Positions 1 to 9,660 of a stretch of 64,000 nt of DNA are shown in pieces (position 1 is the stretch's first letter; each line of letters begins with the position of its first letter). The stretch comes from an uncultured Bacilli bacterium. Lineage in GTDB: Bacteria > Bacillota_I > Bacilli_A > RF39 > UBA660. A model generated the notes under the pieces. It had not been told where the DNA came from. It saw nothing but the letters and a program-made list of their open reading frames with translations, and made no database searches. Location: the NCBI GenBank assembly GCA_934086485.1, contig CAKOIF010000004.1:14777-78776 (forward strand), given 5' to 3'. A program made the translations under genes and the position numbers.

Positions 1-1714
1 TTATTTCAAGTGTTAATGATGAAGACACTTTTTCACTATTTGGCATAGCATTAATTACCTTCTCCATTTGAGTTGAAATAGCACCATTACTAGTCAAACA
101 AACTGGATGATTTTTAAGTTTATTAGTAATTTTTACATCACTTACTTTATCCTTTAAAATATCTTTCATTTTCGATAGCATATCTTTACTATCTTCATTT
201 AATTTAGAAAGCTCTTCTTTTTCCTCTTTAGTATCTAAATCAAGTGATGTATCACAAACATTTTTAAATGTCTTTTCCATAAATGTATTTATAGCACCAA
301 TTGTAAATTCATCAGCATAATCAGTTAAATATAAAATATCGAAATCTTTTTCTTTAACCATTTCTACTTGAGGTAATAAATCAATTTTATCTACAGTTTC
401 GCCACACGCATAATAAATTTCTTTTTGCTTATCTTCCATAGAGTCTACATAATCTTTTAAAGTAATAAAGTCTTTTTTCTTTGAGGAATAAAAGATTAAT
501 AAATCAAGTACTTTATCTTTATTAATACCATAGCTTCCATAAATACCAAATTTAATTTGATTACCAAAATCTTTAAAGAATTTCTTATAACCTTCAAAGT
601 CCTTAGTAAGAAGTTCTATTAATGCAGAATGAATTTTAGTTTCTATTCCCTTTGCAATTCCAAGAACATGTCTATCATTTTGAAGAGTTTCACGAGATAT
701 ATTAAGAGGTATATCATCAGTATCTACAACTCCCTTTACAAAAGAGTAATAATCAGGAAGAAGTTTTTCACACTTGTCCATAATAAGTACGCCATTTGTA
801 TAAAGTTCTAATCCCTTTTTATATTCTTTATAATAATAATCAAAAGGTGCATGTGATGGAATAAATAAAAGTGCTTTATAATTTTCTAAACCTTCAGCAT
901 TATAATGAACTACTTTTAAAGGCTTTTCATAATCAGAAAACTTTGATGTATAAAAGTTATTATATTCTTCTTCGGTTATATCTTTCTTATCTTTTTTCCA
1001 TAAAGGTTTCATTGAATTTAAAGTTTGAACTTCCGTATAAGTTTCATATTCATCCTTAGTACCCTCTTTTAGACGAGAATTTTCCACTTCCATCATTATA
1101 GGATATTTTATGTAATCGCTATACTTTTTAATTAAATTTCTAATAGTATATTCTTCCATAAAATCAGAATATTTTTCATCTTCAGTATCATCTTTTAAAT
1201 AAAGAATAATATCTGTACCATTTTCTTTTTTCGTAGCTTTACCTATAGTGTAACCTTCTACTCCTTCACTTGTCCAAATATATGAGTCCTCACTACCAAC
1301 CTTTTTAGAAATAACTTCGACCTTTTTAGATACCATAAATGCTGAATAAAAGCCTACACCAAACTGGCCAATTATTTCACTATCTTTGCTATCTGGATTT
1401 TCCTCTTTAAATTTAAGGGAACCACTTTCTGCTATTGTACCAAGTGACTTATCAAGCTCTTCCTCATCCATACCAATACCATTATCGGTAATAGTTATAG
1501 TTTTAGCATTTTTATCTACTGAAATAAAAATTTTAAAATCAGCGGGATTAATATCAAGTGTTGCATCCTTAGATTTTTCAAAAGCTAGCTTATCAATAGC
1601 ATCACTGGCATTAGAAATAAGTTCTCTTAAAAATATTTCCTTATTTGTATAAATTGAGTTAATCATTAAATCAAGTACTCTTTTACTTGATGATTTAAAT
1701 TCTTTCTTTTTCAT
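1..1714 (-). CDS. htpG: Molecular chaperone HtpG (Hsp90 family); C-terminus runs off the left edge
   Basis: Own translation from ATG 1714: MKKKEFKSSSKRVLDLMINSIYTNKEIFLRELISNASDAIDKL...GQFGVGFYSAFMV (GHKL ATPase N-terminus of HtpG). GGAG lies 9 nt upstream. The frame is open to position 1, so it is absent from the ORF track. Confidence 0.9.
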   Translation of the reverse strand, partial: MKKKEFKSSSKRVLDLMINSIYTNKEIFLRELISNASDAIDKLAFEKSKDATLDINPADFKIFISVDKNAKTITITDNGIGMDEEELDKSLGTIAESGSLKFKEENPDSKDSEIIGQFGVGFYSAFMVSKKVEVISKKVGSEDSYIWTSEGVEGYTIGKATKKENGTDIILYLKDDTEDEKYSDFMEEYTIRNLIKKYSDYIKYPIMMEVENSRLKEGTKDEYETYTEVQTLNSMKPLWKKDKKDITEEEYNNFYTSKFSDYEKPLKVVHYNAEGLENYKALLFIPSHAPFDYYYKEYKKGLELYTNGVLIMDKCEKLLPDYYSFVKGVVDTDDIPLNISRETLQNDRHVLGIAKGIETKIHSALIELLTKDFEGYKKFFKDFGNQIKFGIYGSYGINKDKVLDLLIFYSSKKKDFITLKDYVDSMEDKQKEIYYACGETVDKIDLLPQVEMVKEKDFDILYLTDYADEFTIGAINTFMEKTFKNVCDTSLDLDTKEEKEELSKLNEDSKDMLSKMKDILKDKVSDVKITNKLKNHPVCLTSNGAISTQMEKVINAMPNSEKVSSSLTLEI

Positions 1715-1809
1715 TATTTTCATCTCCAAGAATGTTATACCACATAAAACTAGCACTTGTCAAGTTAAAGTGCTATTTAATTAATATTACAGCCATAAAA
1801 AAATTTCCC

Positions 1810-2520
1810 TTAGGAAATATTCTCACAATTTGTTTTTTTAGCATATATATAGCCATTTAAGGTTTCATTTTCCATATTTGCTTGATGCGTTGTTAAATTA
1901 TAAAACTTTAATTCAAAAGTAAATGTATTTGTAACTTTAGTTCCTTCGCTTATTATTGTGGCATTTGATACCAAAGTTTTCATTGGATTACCAGCATCGC
2001 TCTTTGACCAAGTAACATTATAATCAAAATTTGTTTCTGTACTATAATTATTTGTACCTGATGGTGAAGTAACAATCATAGTAAGTTCTTTAGAAACGAC
2101 CACACCATCAACTTTAGTGGCCTCAAGGTATTTAGCATCAGTTTCATTTACCTTTCCATAAACCTTTGATGATGAATCATATTCAAATATAACATCATAT
2201 GTACATCTAGTTTTAATACTTGTTGAAGCAGAATCTAAACTTATATTAAATGTCGCATTTGAGGTTGCTGCAACTTCATTATTAGCATTAGCCTCACTCA
2301 TATTTGCCGGAGGTATTTGTAAACTTAAAGCTGCTTTTTCACTTGTAAATACACTGGCGACGCCTTCCTCGGTTGTAATATTTACGTGTACTCTATTATT
2401 CGTATCGGCAGAAAAAGAGCCAAAATAAGCATAAGTACTAGCTACAATAAGTACTAAGAAAAAGACTATCGAAATAATAATAACTAAAAAATCTTTATTT
2501 GTTAAACTATTATTTTTCAT
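1810..2520 (-). CDS. Secreted or membrane-anchored hypothetical protein with a TasA/camelysin-type (SipW-cognate-like) signal peptide
   Basis: N-terminus ...FFLVLIVASTYAYFGSFSADT resembles the G-T-[FY]-A-Y-F-[ST]-D class of SipW-dependent signal peptides. It is a paralog of the N-terminus at 8531-8811. The rest is unrecognised. Confidence 0.5.
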   Translation of the reverse strand: MKNNSLTNKDFLVIIISIVFFLVLIVASTYAYFGSFSADTNNRVHVNITTEEGVASVFTSEKAALSLQIPPANMSEANANNEVAATSNATFNISLDSASTSIKTRCTYDVIFEYDSSSKVYGKVNETDAKYLEATKVDGVVVSKELTMIVTSPSGTNNYSTETNFDYNVTWSKSDAGNPMKTLVSNATIISEGTKVTNTFTFELKFYNLTTHQANMENETLNGYIYAKKTNCENIS

Positions 2521-2602
2521 TGTCCTCTCCTTATCATAAAACTAATATATCAAATTTTACTATTTTTTTCAATTACTTTATAAATAAAAATTAAAAAAAG
2601 AA

Positions 2603-3826
2603 CTATTTTGTTCCTAAAAAATAATTCTTTTTACCTTTTTTAAGTAATAATACTTTTCCTTCGATTAAATCACTTTCAGTAATTACTTTATCTAAATTAG
2701 TTTCTTTATTACCATTAATTGAGATTGCTCCAGCACTTACCATTTCTCTTGCTTCACGTTTACTCGAGCATATTTTACCCCTTACAAGCATATCTAAAAT
2801 ATTTTCATTTTCTGTTACTGTAAAATGTGGAACATCCTTAAATTCATTTAAAAGATTTTCTGCACCTAATGAAGAAATATCTCCATTAAATAAAGCACTT
2901 GCTTGTTTTAAAGCATCTTCATAAGCTTTTTCTCCATGAATAAATGTGATAACCTCTTTAGCAAGCGTTTTATGTGCAAGTCTTTCCTCTGGATGAAGAT
3001 TATGCTCTTTTTCAATATTCTCAATTTTCTCTTTTGATAGGAAAGTAAATTTCTTTAAATAATCAATTACCATAGAGTCTTCTACATTAACAAAGAATTG
3101 ATACATTTCATAAGGTGTTGTTTTGTTTTTATCAAGCCAAATTGCTTTACCTTCAGTTTTACCAAACTTAGTACCATCACTTTTCGTAATAAGGGGCATT
3201 GTAAAGGCATAAGCCTCTTTACCATCTTTTTTTCTAATAAGTTCGATACCAGCAGTAATATTTCCCCATTGATCTTGACCAGCAACTTGCATAGTAACGC
3301 CTCTTTCATTATATAAATGTTCAAAGTCCATTGCTTGCATTATCATATAGGAAAATTCTGTATAAGTTATACCGGCATCAAGCCTTCTTTTGATAATATC
3401 TTTGTCAAGCATATAACCAATACTAAAATATTTACCATAATCTCTTAAAAAATCAATGAAATTAATATTTTTTAGCCAATCATAATTATTTACAACCTCA
3501 AAGCCAAAAATATCTTTTGCTTGTTTTGTTAAACATTCTACATTATGATTAACTGCTTCATATGATATCATTGCTCTTTCTGCAGTAGGTTTTGGATCAC
3601 CAATAAGACCTGTTCCTCCACCCACTAAAAGAATTGGATTATGACCTGCTCTTTTAAGTCTTGTGGCAATCAAAAATGATGAAAAGTGTCCAATATGCAT
3701 ACTATCACCTGTTGGATCTGTACCAATATAAAAAGTCATACCACCTTTATTTAATTTTTCTTTTAACTCGGGAGAAGATATATCTTTTATTAAACCTCTC
3801 CATTCAAGTTCTTCATAAATACCCAT
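2603..3826 (-). CDS. tyrS: Tyrosine--tRNA ligase
   Basis: FYIGTDPTGDSMHIGHF (HIGH region), KFGKTEGKAIWL (KMSKS-equivalent) and a C-terminal S4-like domain. Start moved to ATG 3826 (MGIYEELEWRG, AAAGGA RBS) because the upstream part of the track ORF covers the T-box leader. Confidence 0.93.
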   Translation of the reverse strand: MGIYEELEWRGLIKDISSPELKEKLNKGGMTFYIGTDPTGDSMHIGHFSSFLIATRLKRAGHNPILLVGGGTGLIGDPKPTAERAMISYEAVNHNVECLTKQAKDIFGFEVVNNYDWLKNINFIDFLRDYGKYFSIGYMLDKDIIKRRLDAGITYTEFSYMIMQAMDFEHLYNERGVTMQVAGQDQWGNITAGIELIRKKDGKEAYAFTMPLITKSDGTKFGKTEGKAIWLDKNKTTPYEMYQFFVNVEDSMVIDYLKKFTFLSKEKIENIEKEHNLHPEERLAHKTLAKEVITFIHGEKAYEDALKQASALFNGDISSLGAENLLNEFKDVPHFTVTENENILDMLVRGKICSSKREAREMVSAGAISINGNKETNLDKVITESDLIEGKVLLLKKGKKNYFLGTK

Positions 3827-3841
3827 TTTTACCATCCTTTC

Positions 3842-4018
3842 AAAATAAAAACTCCATAAACATAGAGACGAGTCTTCTCGCGGTACCACCCTACTTTATG
3901 AAGTTAATCATACATCTTTATTTCTTTATCGCTGAATATGCGTTTTAGCATCCGAAGGTTGTAAGGCTTCATCACTTGCTAACAAGGTTATTGTAGCATA
4001 ATTTTTAAGAGTTTTCAA
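3842..4018 (-). promoter_or_regulatory. Tyr T-box leader with its own promoter, upstream of tyrS
   Basis: Minus strand has TTGAAA(4018-4013)-17 nt-TGcTACAAT(3995-3990). A candidate specifier UAC followed by A is at 3963-3961. The T-box core AGUAGGGUGGUACCGCG is the complement of 3879-3895. A terminator hairpin CUCUAUguuuAUGGAG (3867-3852) is followed by UUUUUAUUUU. Confidence 0.8.
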
Positions 4019-4028
4019 CTTCAAGTTT

Positions 4029-6518
4029 TTATATTTTAAAACTATTTGTAAAATCTTCAAATGATATTTGAGCTTCCTCTTTTAGGGGTTCTTCTTTAGG
4101 AAGATCTATTTCTTTTGTTTTACCTATTTTTTCAAATTCATATTTAGGTTTAACTGTAACTACTTTTAATTTAGTATAAGTACTTCCAAAACTATTTGAA
4201 TCCATAATTGGAATATCACTATTTTTTATTTCATTAACATCATCATTTGTTTTAACGACATTTATTGTTTTAACATTTGAGGTAAATGCTGATATTACTC
4301 TATAATCTTTTGTTTTATTTTTCTTAATTATTTCTTTACCTTTTTTATTTCTTGTTAGCTCTACAAGTTCAGATAATTTAACTCTTTTTGCAGTATTTAA
4401 ATTAGTAAAAATATTAATGTACTCATCACTATCATTAATTTGTGATGATGATATAACGCTATTATCTTTTACAGGGTAACCTTTAACACCTGAAGCTTTA
4501 GGACCAACCTCAGGAATTTCACCTGTTTCAAATAATAAGTAATAGTTATTATCTGTTAAAATTAATGTTTTCTGGCCCTCTTTTTGAACGCTAATAAGTT
4601 CATCATTATCTTTAAGTTTAATAGCAGTCATTGGTTTAGAACATCTTGAAACCTCAAACTCTTCCATTCTAACTTTTTTAATCATACCTTCTTTTGAAGT
4701 TAATACTAAAGATGCACCTTTTTCAAAGATAAATGAATTAATTATTCTTTCATTTTCCTTAATCATAATTAAATTACTAATATGTTTACCTAAATCTTTC
4801 CATTTACATTCAGTTATTGTATGTACTGGAATAAATAAATAGTTTCCAAGTGAAGTAAATGATAATATATAATCTCTTGTATTAAGTTCAAACATATTTC
4901 TGACAAAATCACCAGGTTTTAATGTTGTTTCATCAGTGGCCGCTTTAAATGATTTCATAGGAACTTTTTTAATATAACCATCATTTGTAACAACAACAAT
5001 TACATCCTCTTTAGGTATCATATCTTTTAAATCAACTTTTATTTCAGTTATTTCATCTTTAATTTCCGTTTTTCTAGGAACTGCATAATTTTTCTTAACT
5101 TCCTTAAGTTCTGATTTCATAAGTGATTTTAAAACGTTTTCATCAGATAATATTTCATGACATCTTTCAATTAATTTCTGAAGTTCTTCGGCTCTTTCCT
5201 TTAAAACTACAATATCTGTATTGGTAAGTCTATAAAGTTGTAAAGTTACTATTGCCTCAGCTTGTTCTATGTTAAAATCAAATTTATTAACTAAATTTTC
5301 TTTCGCATCTGCTTTATTTTTAGAACCCCTTATTACTTTTATAACTTCATCAAGAATTGATATTGCTTTCATAAGTCCTGATACTATATTAAACTCTTTT
5401 TCATAAGTTTTAAGTTCAAATGTAGTTCTTTTTGTAACAATATCTTTATAGTGTGCAATATAAGCATCAAGTATTTCAAGTATTCCGAGTACTTTAGGAC
5501 TTCTGTTTACAATTGAAACCATATTATAATTATAACTTATCTGAAGATCAGTGTTTTTAAATAAATAATTTAATATTAATTCTTTATTAGCGCCTGTTTT
5601 TAAATCAATTGCTATTTGTAAGCCTTCTCTATCAGTTTCATCTCTTACTTCGCTTATACCCTCAACTTTTTTATCAATTCTAATTGAATCAATTTTACTT
5701 ACAAGTGCAGCTTTATTTACATCAAAAGGTATTTCTGAAATTATAATTTGTTCTTTACCTTTTTCTTTTTTAAACTCTGTTTTTGCTCTAACAATTACTT
5801 TACCTGTTCCTTTTGTAAAAGCAGATATTATTCCATCCTTACCTTCGACTATTCCACCAGTTGGAAAATCAGGCCCTTTTACAATTTCTAAAATTGTTTC
5901 TAATCTACAAGATGGAGAGTCTATTCTTTTAACTGTTGCATCAATTATTTCTCCTAGATTATGGGGAGGTATATTTGTTGCATACCCTGCAGAAATACCA
6001 TTTGCTCCGTTAACAAGTAAATTAGGAAACTTTGCAGGAAGTACTGTAGGCTCTAAGAAACGATCATCAAAGTTAAGAGCCCAAGATACCGTTTCTTTAT
6101 CTAAATCTTTTAAAAGTTCATTACTTATTTTAGCAAGTCTTGCCTCTGTATAACGATATGCAGCAGGGCCATCACCATCCATTGAACCATTATTTCCGTG
6201 AATATCAACTAATATATGATTTTGTTTCCACCATTGACTCATTCTTACCATTGCATCATATACTGATGAATCTCCATGTGGATGGAATTTACCTAAAACA
6301 TCACCAACTGTTGCAGCACATTTTATATAACCTTTATCCGAGGTATTTCCTGCTTTATACATTGCATATAATATTCTTCGTTGAACTGGTTTTAAACCAT
6401 CTCTAACATCTGGAATAGCACGATCTAAAATTATTTCTTTAGCATACTTTCCAAATCTATCACCCATTATTTCCTCAAGGGCATAATCTTGTATTCTTTT
6501 TAATATTTCATTTTCCAT
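4029..6518 (-). CDS. parC: DNA topoisomerase IV subunit A (type IIA topoisomerase A subunit)
   Basis: AIPDVRDGLKPVQRRILY, HPHGDSSVYDAMVRMSQWW, AAYRYTEARL. No GyrA-box (QRRGGKG) seen in the C-terminal domain. Lies directly downstream of the B subunit and away from dnaA/gyrB context. Confidence 0.75.
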   Translation of the reverse strand: MENEILKRIQDYALEEIMGDRFGKYAKEIILDRAIPDVRDGLKPVQRRILYAMYKAGNTSDKGYIKCAATVGDVLGKFHPHGDSSVYDAMVRMSQWWKQNHILVDIHGNNGSMDGDGPAAYRYTEARLAKISNELLKDLDKETVSWALNFDDRFLEPTVLPAKFPNLLVNGANGISAGYATNIPPHNLGEIIDATVKRIDSPSCRLETILEIVKGPDFPTGGIVEGKDGIISAFTKGTGKVIVRAKTEFKKEKGKEQIIISEIPFDVNKAALVSKIDSIRIDKKVEGISEVRDETDREGLQIAIDLKTGANKELILNYLFKNTDLQISYNYNMVSIVNRSPKVLGILEILDAYIAHYKDIVTKRTTFELKTYEKEFNIVSGLMKAISILDEVIKVIRGSKNKADAKENLVNKFDFNIEQAEAIVTLQLYRLTNTDIVVLKERAEELQKLIERCHEILSDENVLKSLMKSELKEVKKNYAVPRKTEIKDEITEIKVDLKDMIPKEDVIVVVTNDGYIKKVPMKSFKAATDETTLKPGDFVRNMFELNTRDYILSFTSLGNYLFIPVHTITECKWKDLGKHISNLIMIKENERIINSFIFEKGASLVLTSKEGMIKKVRMEEFEVSRCSKPMTAIKLKDNDELISVQKEGQKTLILTDNNYYLLFETGEIPEVGPKASGVKGYPVKDNSVISSSQINDSDEYINIFTNLNTAKRVKLSELVELTRNKKGKEIIKKNKTKDYRVISAFTSNVKTINVVKTNDDVNEIKNSDIPIMDSNSFGSTYTKLKVVTVKPKYEFEKIGKTKEIDLPKEEPLKEEAQISFEDFTNSFKI

Positions 6519-6521
6519 ATT

Positions 6522-8429
6522 TTACCCCCTATAATTATCTTCCATAGTAAACTCAACATTTTCATTTATCCATTCCTTTCTAGGTTCTACTTTATCGCCC
6601 ATTAAGGTACTAACTCTTTTTTCTGCAAGAGCGGCATCAGTAATATTTACTCTAATAAGCATTCTTGTATCTGGATTCATTGTTGTTTCCCAAAGTTGTT
6701 CAGGATTCATTTCACCAAGTCCTTTATACCTTTGTACTGCATATTTACCAGAATTTTCTCTTTTTATATCTTCGAGTTCTTCATCAGTATAAGCATAAAA
6801 TCTTTTCTTACCATAATCTATTTTATAAAGTGGAGGCACTGCAATATATAAATGTCCTGTTTCAATAAGTCCACGCATATATCTATAAAAAAATGTCAAA
6901 AGTAGTATTTGAATATGAGCTCCATCGACATCGGCATCGGTCATTATTATTACTTTATCATAATTCGATTCACTAGCATCAAAACTTTGACCTACACCTG
7001 CACCAATTGTATAAATTAATGTATTAATTTCTTCATTTTTAAATAAATCTTCACTACTTGCTTTATCAGCATTTATAACTTTACCACGAAGAGGAAGTAT
7101 TGCTTGAAATTTACGATTTCTTCCACCTTTAGCAGAACCACCAGCTGAATTACCTTCGACAATAAAAAGTTCATTTATTTTAGGATTTTTACTTTGAGCT
7201 GGAGCAAGTTTTCCAGATAAATTCTTTTCTATTTTACTTTTATTTTTACCATTTCTAGCTTCTTCCCTAGCTTTTCTTGCAGCCTCCCTAGCAGTTTTAC
7301 TCTTCATTGCTTTTTCAAGTATATTAAGAGCAACCTCTTTATTTTCCTCAAGGTAAAATTTTAAACTATCATAAGTTATACTTTCAGTTATACTTCTTGC
7401 TTCAGGAGTGCCTAATTTTCCTTTTGTTTGACCCTCAAACTGTAAAAGTTCCTCAGGTATTTTAAGGCTTATTACTGCAGTTAAACCCTCTCTTACATCT
7501 GCTCCATCAAGTGAATAATCTTTACCTTTAAAAATACTATTATTTTTTGCATAATCATTAAATGCTTTAGTAATTCCTGTTTTAAAACCAACTTCGTGTG
7601 AACCACCATCACTAGTTTTAACATTATTTACAAATGATAAAATATTTTCTTGATAAGTATCTGTATACTGAAGAGCAACATCTACTTCAATACCTTGTTT
7701 AGTTCCAGAATAATTTATAACTTTATGAAGGGTTGTTTTATCTTCATTAATATAATCGACAAAACTAGTTAAACCATTTTCATAATGATATTTAACTTCT
7801 TTTTTATCTGCTTCATCAATAACTTCAATTGTAAGACCAGGAAGTAAAAAAGCACTTTCTTGCATTCTTTCACAAATAGTTGTATATGAAAATTGTAAGT
7901 TTTTAAAAATTTCATCATCAGGTTTAAATTTTACAATAGTTCCAGTTTTTTTACTTTCACCAATTGTTCTAAGTGGATTTTTTACTTTACCACCGTTTTC
8001 AAAATCAATTTCACTTATTTTACCATCACGATAAATTACCACTGTCATTGAACTTGATAAAGCATTAACTACAGAAGCACCTACACCGTGAAGTCCACCA
8101 GAAACTTTATAACCATCCTCAGTAAACTTACCACCTGCGTGAAGAACAGTATAAATAACCTCAGGAGTACTTTTTCCTGAAGCGTGCATTCCTATCGGTA
8201 CACCACGACCATTATCCGCTACCGTAATAGAATTATCTTTATTAATAACTATTTTTATATAATTACCAAAACCATTTATTACTTCATCTATTGAGTTGTC
8301 TACAATTTCCCACACTAAATGATGAAGGCCTCTTTTATCTGTTGAACCAATATACATACCTGGTCTTTTTCTAACAGCCTCCAAGCCCTCTAAAATCTTA
8401 ATAGACGATTCATCATATTTTTTTACCAT
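6522..8429 (-). CDS. parE: DNA topoisomerase IV subunit B
   Basis: LEGLEAVRKRPGMYIGST, EGNSAGGSAKGGRNRKFQAILPLRGKVIN (TOPRIM), IMTDADVDGAHI. Paired with the parC-like gene. Confidence 0.75.
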   Translation of the reverse strand: MVKKYDESSIKILEGLEAVRKRPGMYIGSTDKRGLHHLVWEIVDNSIDEVINGFGNYIKIVINKDNSITVADNGRGVPIGMHASGKSTPEVIYTVLHAGGKFTEDGYKVSGGLHGVGASVVNALSSSMTVVIYRDGKISEIDFENGGKVKNPLRTIGESKKTGTIVKFKPDDEIFKNLQFSYTTICERMQESAFLLPGLTIEVIDEADKKEVKYHYENGLTSFVDYINEDKTTLHKVINYSGTKQGIEVDVALQYTDTYQENILSFVNNVKTSDGGSHEVGFKTGITKAFNDYAKNNSIFKGKDYSLDGADVREGLTAVISLKIPEELLQFEGQTKGKLGTPEARSITESITYDSLKFYLEENKEVALNILEKAMKSKTAREAARKAREEARNGKNKSKIEKNLSGKLAPAQSKNPKINELFIVEGNSAGGSAKGGRNRKFQAILPLRGKVINADKASSEDLFKNEEINTLIYTIGAGVGQSFDASESNYDKVIIMTDADVDGAHIQILLLTFFYRYMRGLIETGHLYIAVPPLYKIDYGKKRFYAYTDEELEDIKRENSGKYAVQRYKGLGEMNPEQLWETTMNPDTRMLIRVNITDAALAEKRVSTLMGDKVEPRKEWINENVEFTMEDNYRG

Positions 8430-8474
8430 AGTACCACCTTAAATTATTATAAATAAAAAAAACGATTTTATCAA

Positions 8475-8515
8475 CTTAACTTTACACAATTTCTAATTTC
8501 TCGTGTAAAGTTAGG
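8475..8515 (-). terminator. 13-bp inverted repeat (cttaactttacac / gtgtaaagttagg)
   Basis: Stem arms at 8475-8487 and 8503-8515. On the minus strand a U-rich run follows after a short spacer. It sits between the 8531-8811 remnant and parE. Confidence 0.4.
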
Positions 8516-8530
8516 TCAAAAAAATCCATT

Positions 8531-8811
8531 TTAACTTACTACATACACATCATCGTATGTTCCACTGCCAAGTAACTTGGCTAAAGGTGATAAAGACCTT
8601 TTTCAATTAACTGTGTCGCATTTGATATAAATGTTGCATTACCTGGACTCGATGAATTAATATTTACTGCTACATTATTAATTAGATTAACATCAAACGT
8701 TCCAAAATATGCAAAAGATGCAACACCCACAATAACTACAATCAAAGTTGTAGCAAAAACTGCTAATGATTTTTTAATTTTATTTTTTTCCATACTTCTT
8801 CCCAATCCCAC
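8531..8811 (-). pseudogene. Chimeric, frameshifted remnant: AYFG-type signal peptide fused out of frame to the last ~21 codons of a ...RPV.SLSS.AKL.G.GT... module
   Basis: Track ORF MEKNKIKKSLAVFATTLIVVIVGVASFAYFGTFDVN... stops at 8581. In another frame 8531-8596 reads SLSPLAKLLGSGTYDDVYVVS*, matching SLSSKAKLSGSGTYNDVYTV of the 1050-aa protein. DNA 8540-8590 aligns with about 25110-25165. Confidence 0.65.
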
Positions 8812-8904
8812 ATAAATACTGGGTTTGTGAGACTTTTTAATATATTTTTAAATATAATTTTTTTACATATTTGTAAATGTAAAGAAATACACAAAAAAAC
8901 ATAA

Positions 8905-9648
8905 CTAAATTCTATCGTTATGTTTTATTTCTTTTCTAATACCTTTTAGACCTTGAGAGTCTTTATATTTTTCATAAAAGTCATTATCAAGCCAAATAGT
9001 TACAAAGTTATCCAACCTATTTTTAATGCTCGTTTTAGGTTTTAAATTAATATTAACTTCAGGAATTTCATCTTTTGAAGTGGAATCATAAGTTTTTAAG
9101 AATTTTAAATAAGAATATAAAGTTAATATTTGAAAAATATATAATGGAGTAAATAAAGTTAAATATAAAATATTTGAGTTTAAATTATTTATAAAATTTA
9201 TAAAACTACTACCTAAAAAAGTTAAGCTATTAATATCTGTTACAAGATAAATTAATATAACCGTAATACTCATAACAATTGTTTTAATCTTACCTATTTT
9301 TGAGGTTTGAACATTAACATTTTTTTGAAATTTTACAAATTGAATTAAAACAACAGCAAGTTCAAAAATAATAGAAGCAATAGAATATTTAGTTACCTTA
9401 AATAGAATTATTAAATTACTGCAGGAAAATAGTTTATCCGCCACACCATCAAACATACTACCAAAAAATGTAGCAACGTGAAATTTTCTTGCTAAAAAAC
9501 CATCAATACAGTCTGTAAGATAACAACATACTGAAAGAATTGCCGCATATAATCCTCCATAATTAAAGTATACTGGAATCATCATAAATACGCCGATTAT
9601 TCTTATCATTGTAAGAAGATTAACAAATATTAACATAAACTTTTTCAT
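8905..9648 (-). CDS. CDP-alcohol phosphatidyltransferase family protein (PgsA-like)
   Basis: Motif DCIDGFLARKFHVATFFGSMFDGVADK fits D-x2-DG-x2-AR-x8-G-x3-D-x3-D. Multi-TM protein. Confidence 0.8.
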   Translation of the reverse strand: MKKFMLIFVNLLTMIRIIGVFMMIPVYFNYGGLYAAILSVCCYLTDCIDGFLARKFHVATFFGSMFDGVADKLFSCSNLIILFKVTKYSIASIIFELAVVLIQFVKFQKNVNVQTSKIGKIKTIVMSITVILIYLVTDINSLTFLGSSFINFINNLNSNILYLTLFTPLYIFQILTLYSYLKFLKTYDSTSKDEIPEVNINLKPKTSIKNRLDNFVTIWLDNDFYEKYKDSQGLKGIRKEIKHNDRI

Positions 9649-9660
9649 ATTCTGTCCTTT

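Noticed and set aside
629-1652. Plus-strand ORFs 629-811, 871-1059 and 1386-1652
   Set aside because: They lie antisense inside the clearly conserved htpG reading frame and have low-complexity AT-codon composition, so they are shadow ORFs.
3827-3889. 21-codon N-terminal extension of the tyrS track ORF (MVPREDSSLCLWSFYFERMVK)
   Set aside because: It covers the T-box core and terminator. The conserved TyrRS sequence starts at ATG 3826, which has a proper RBS.
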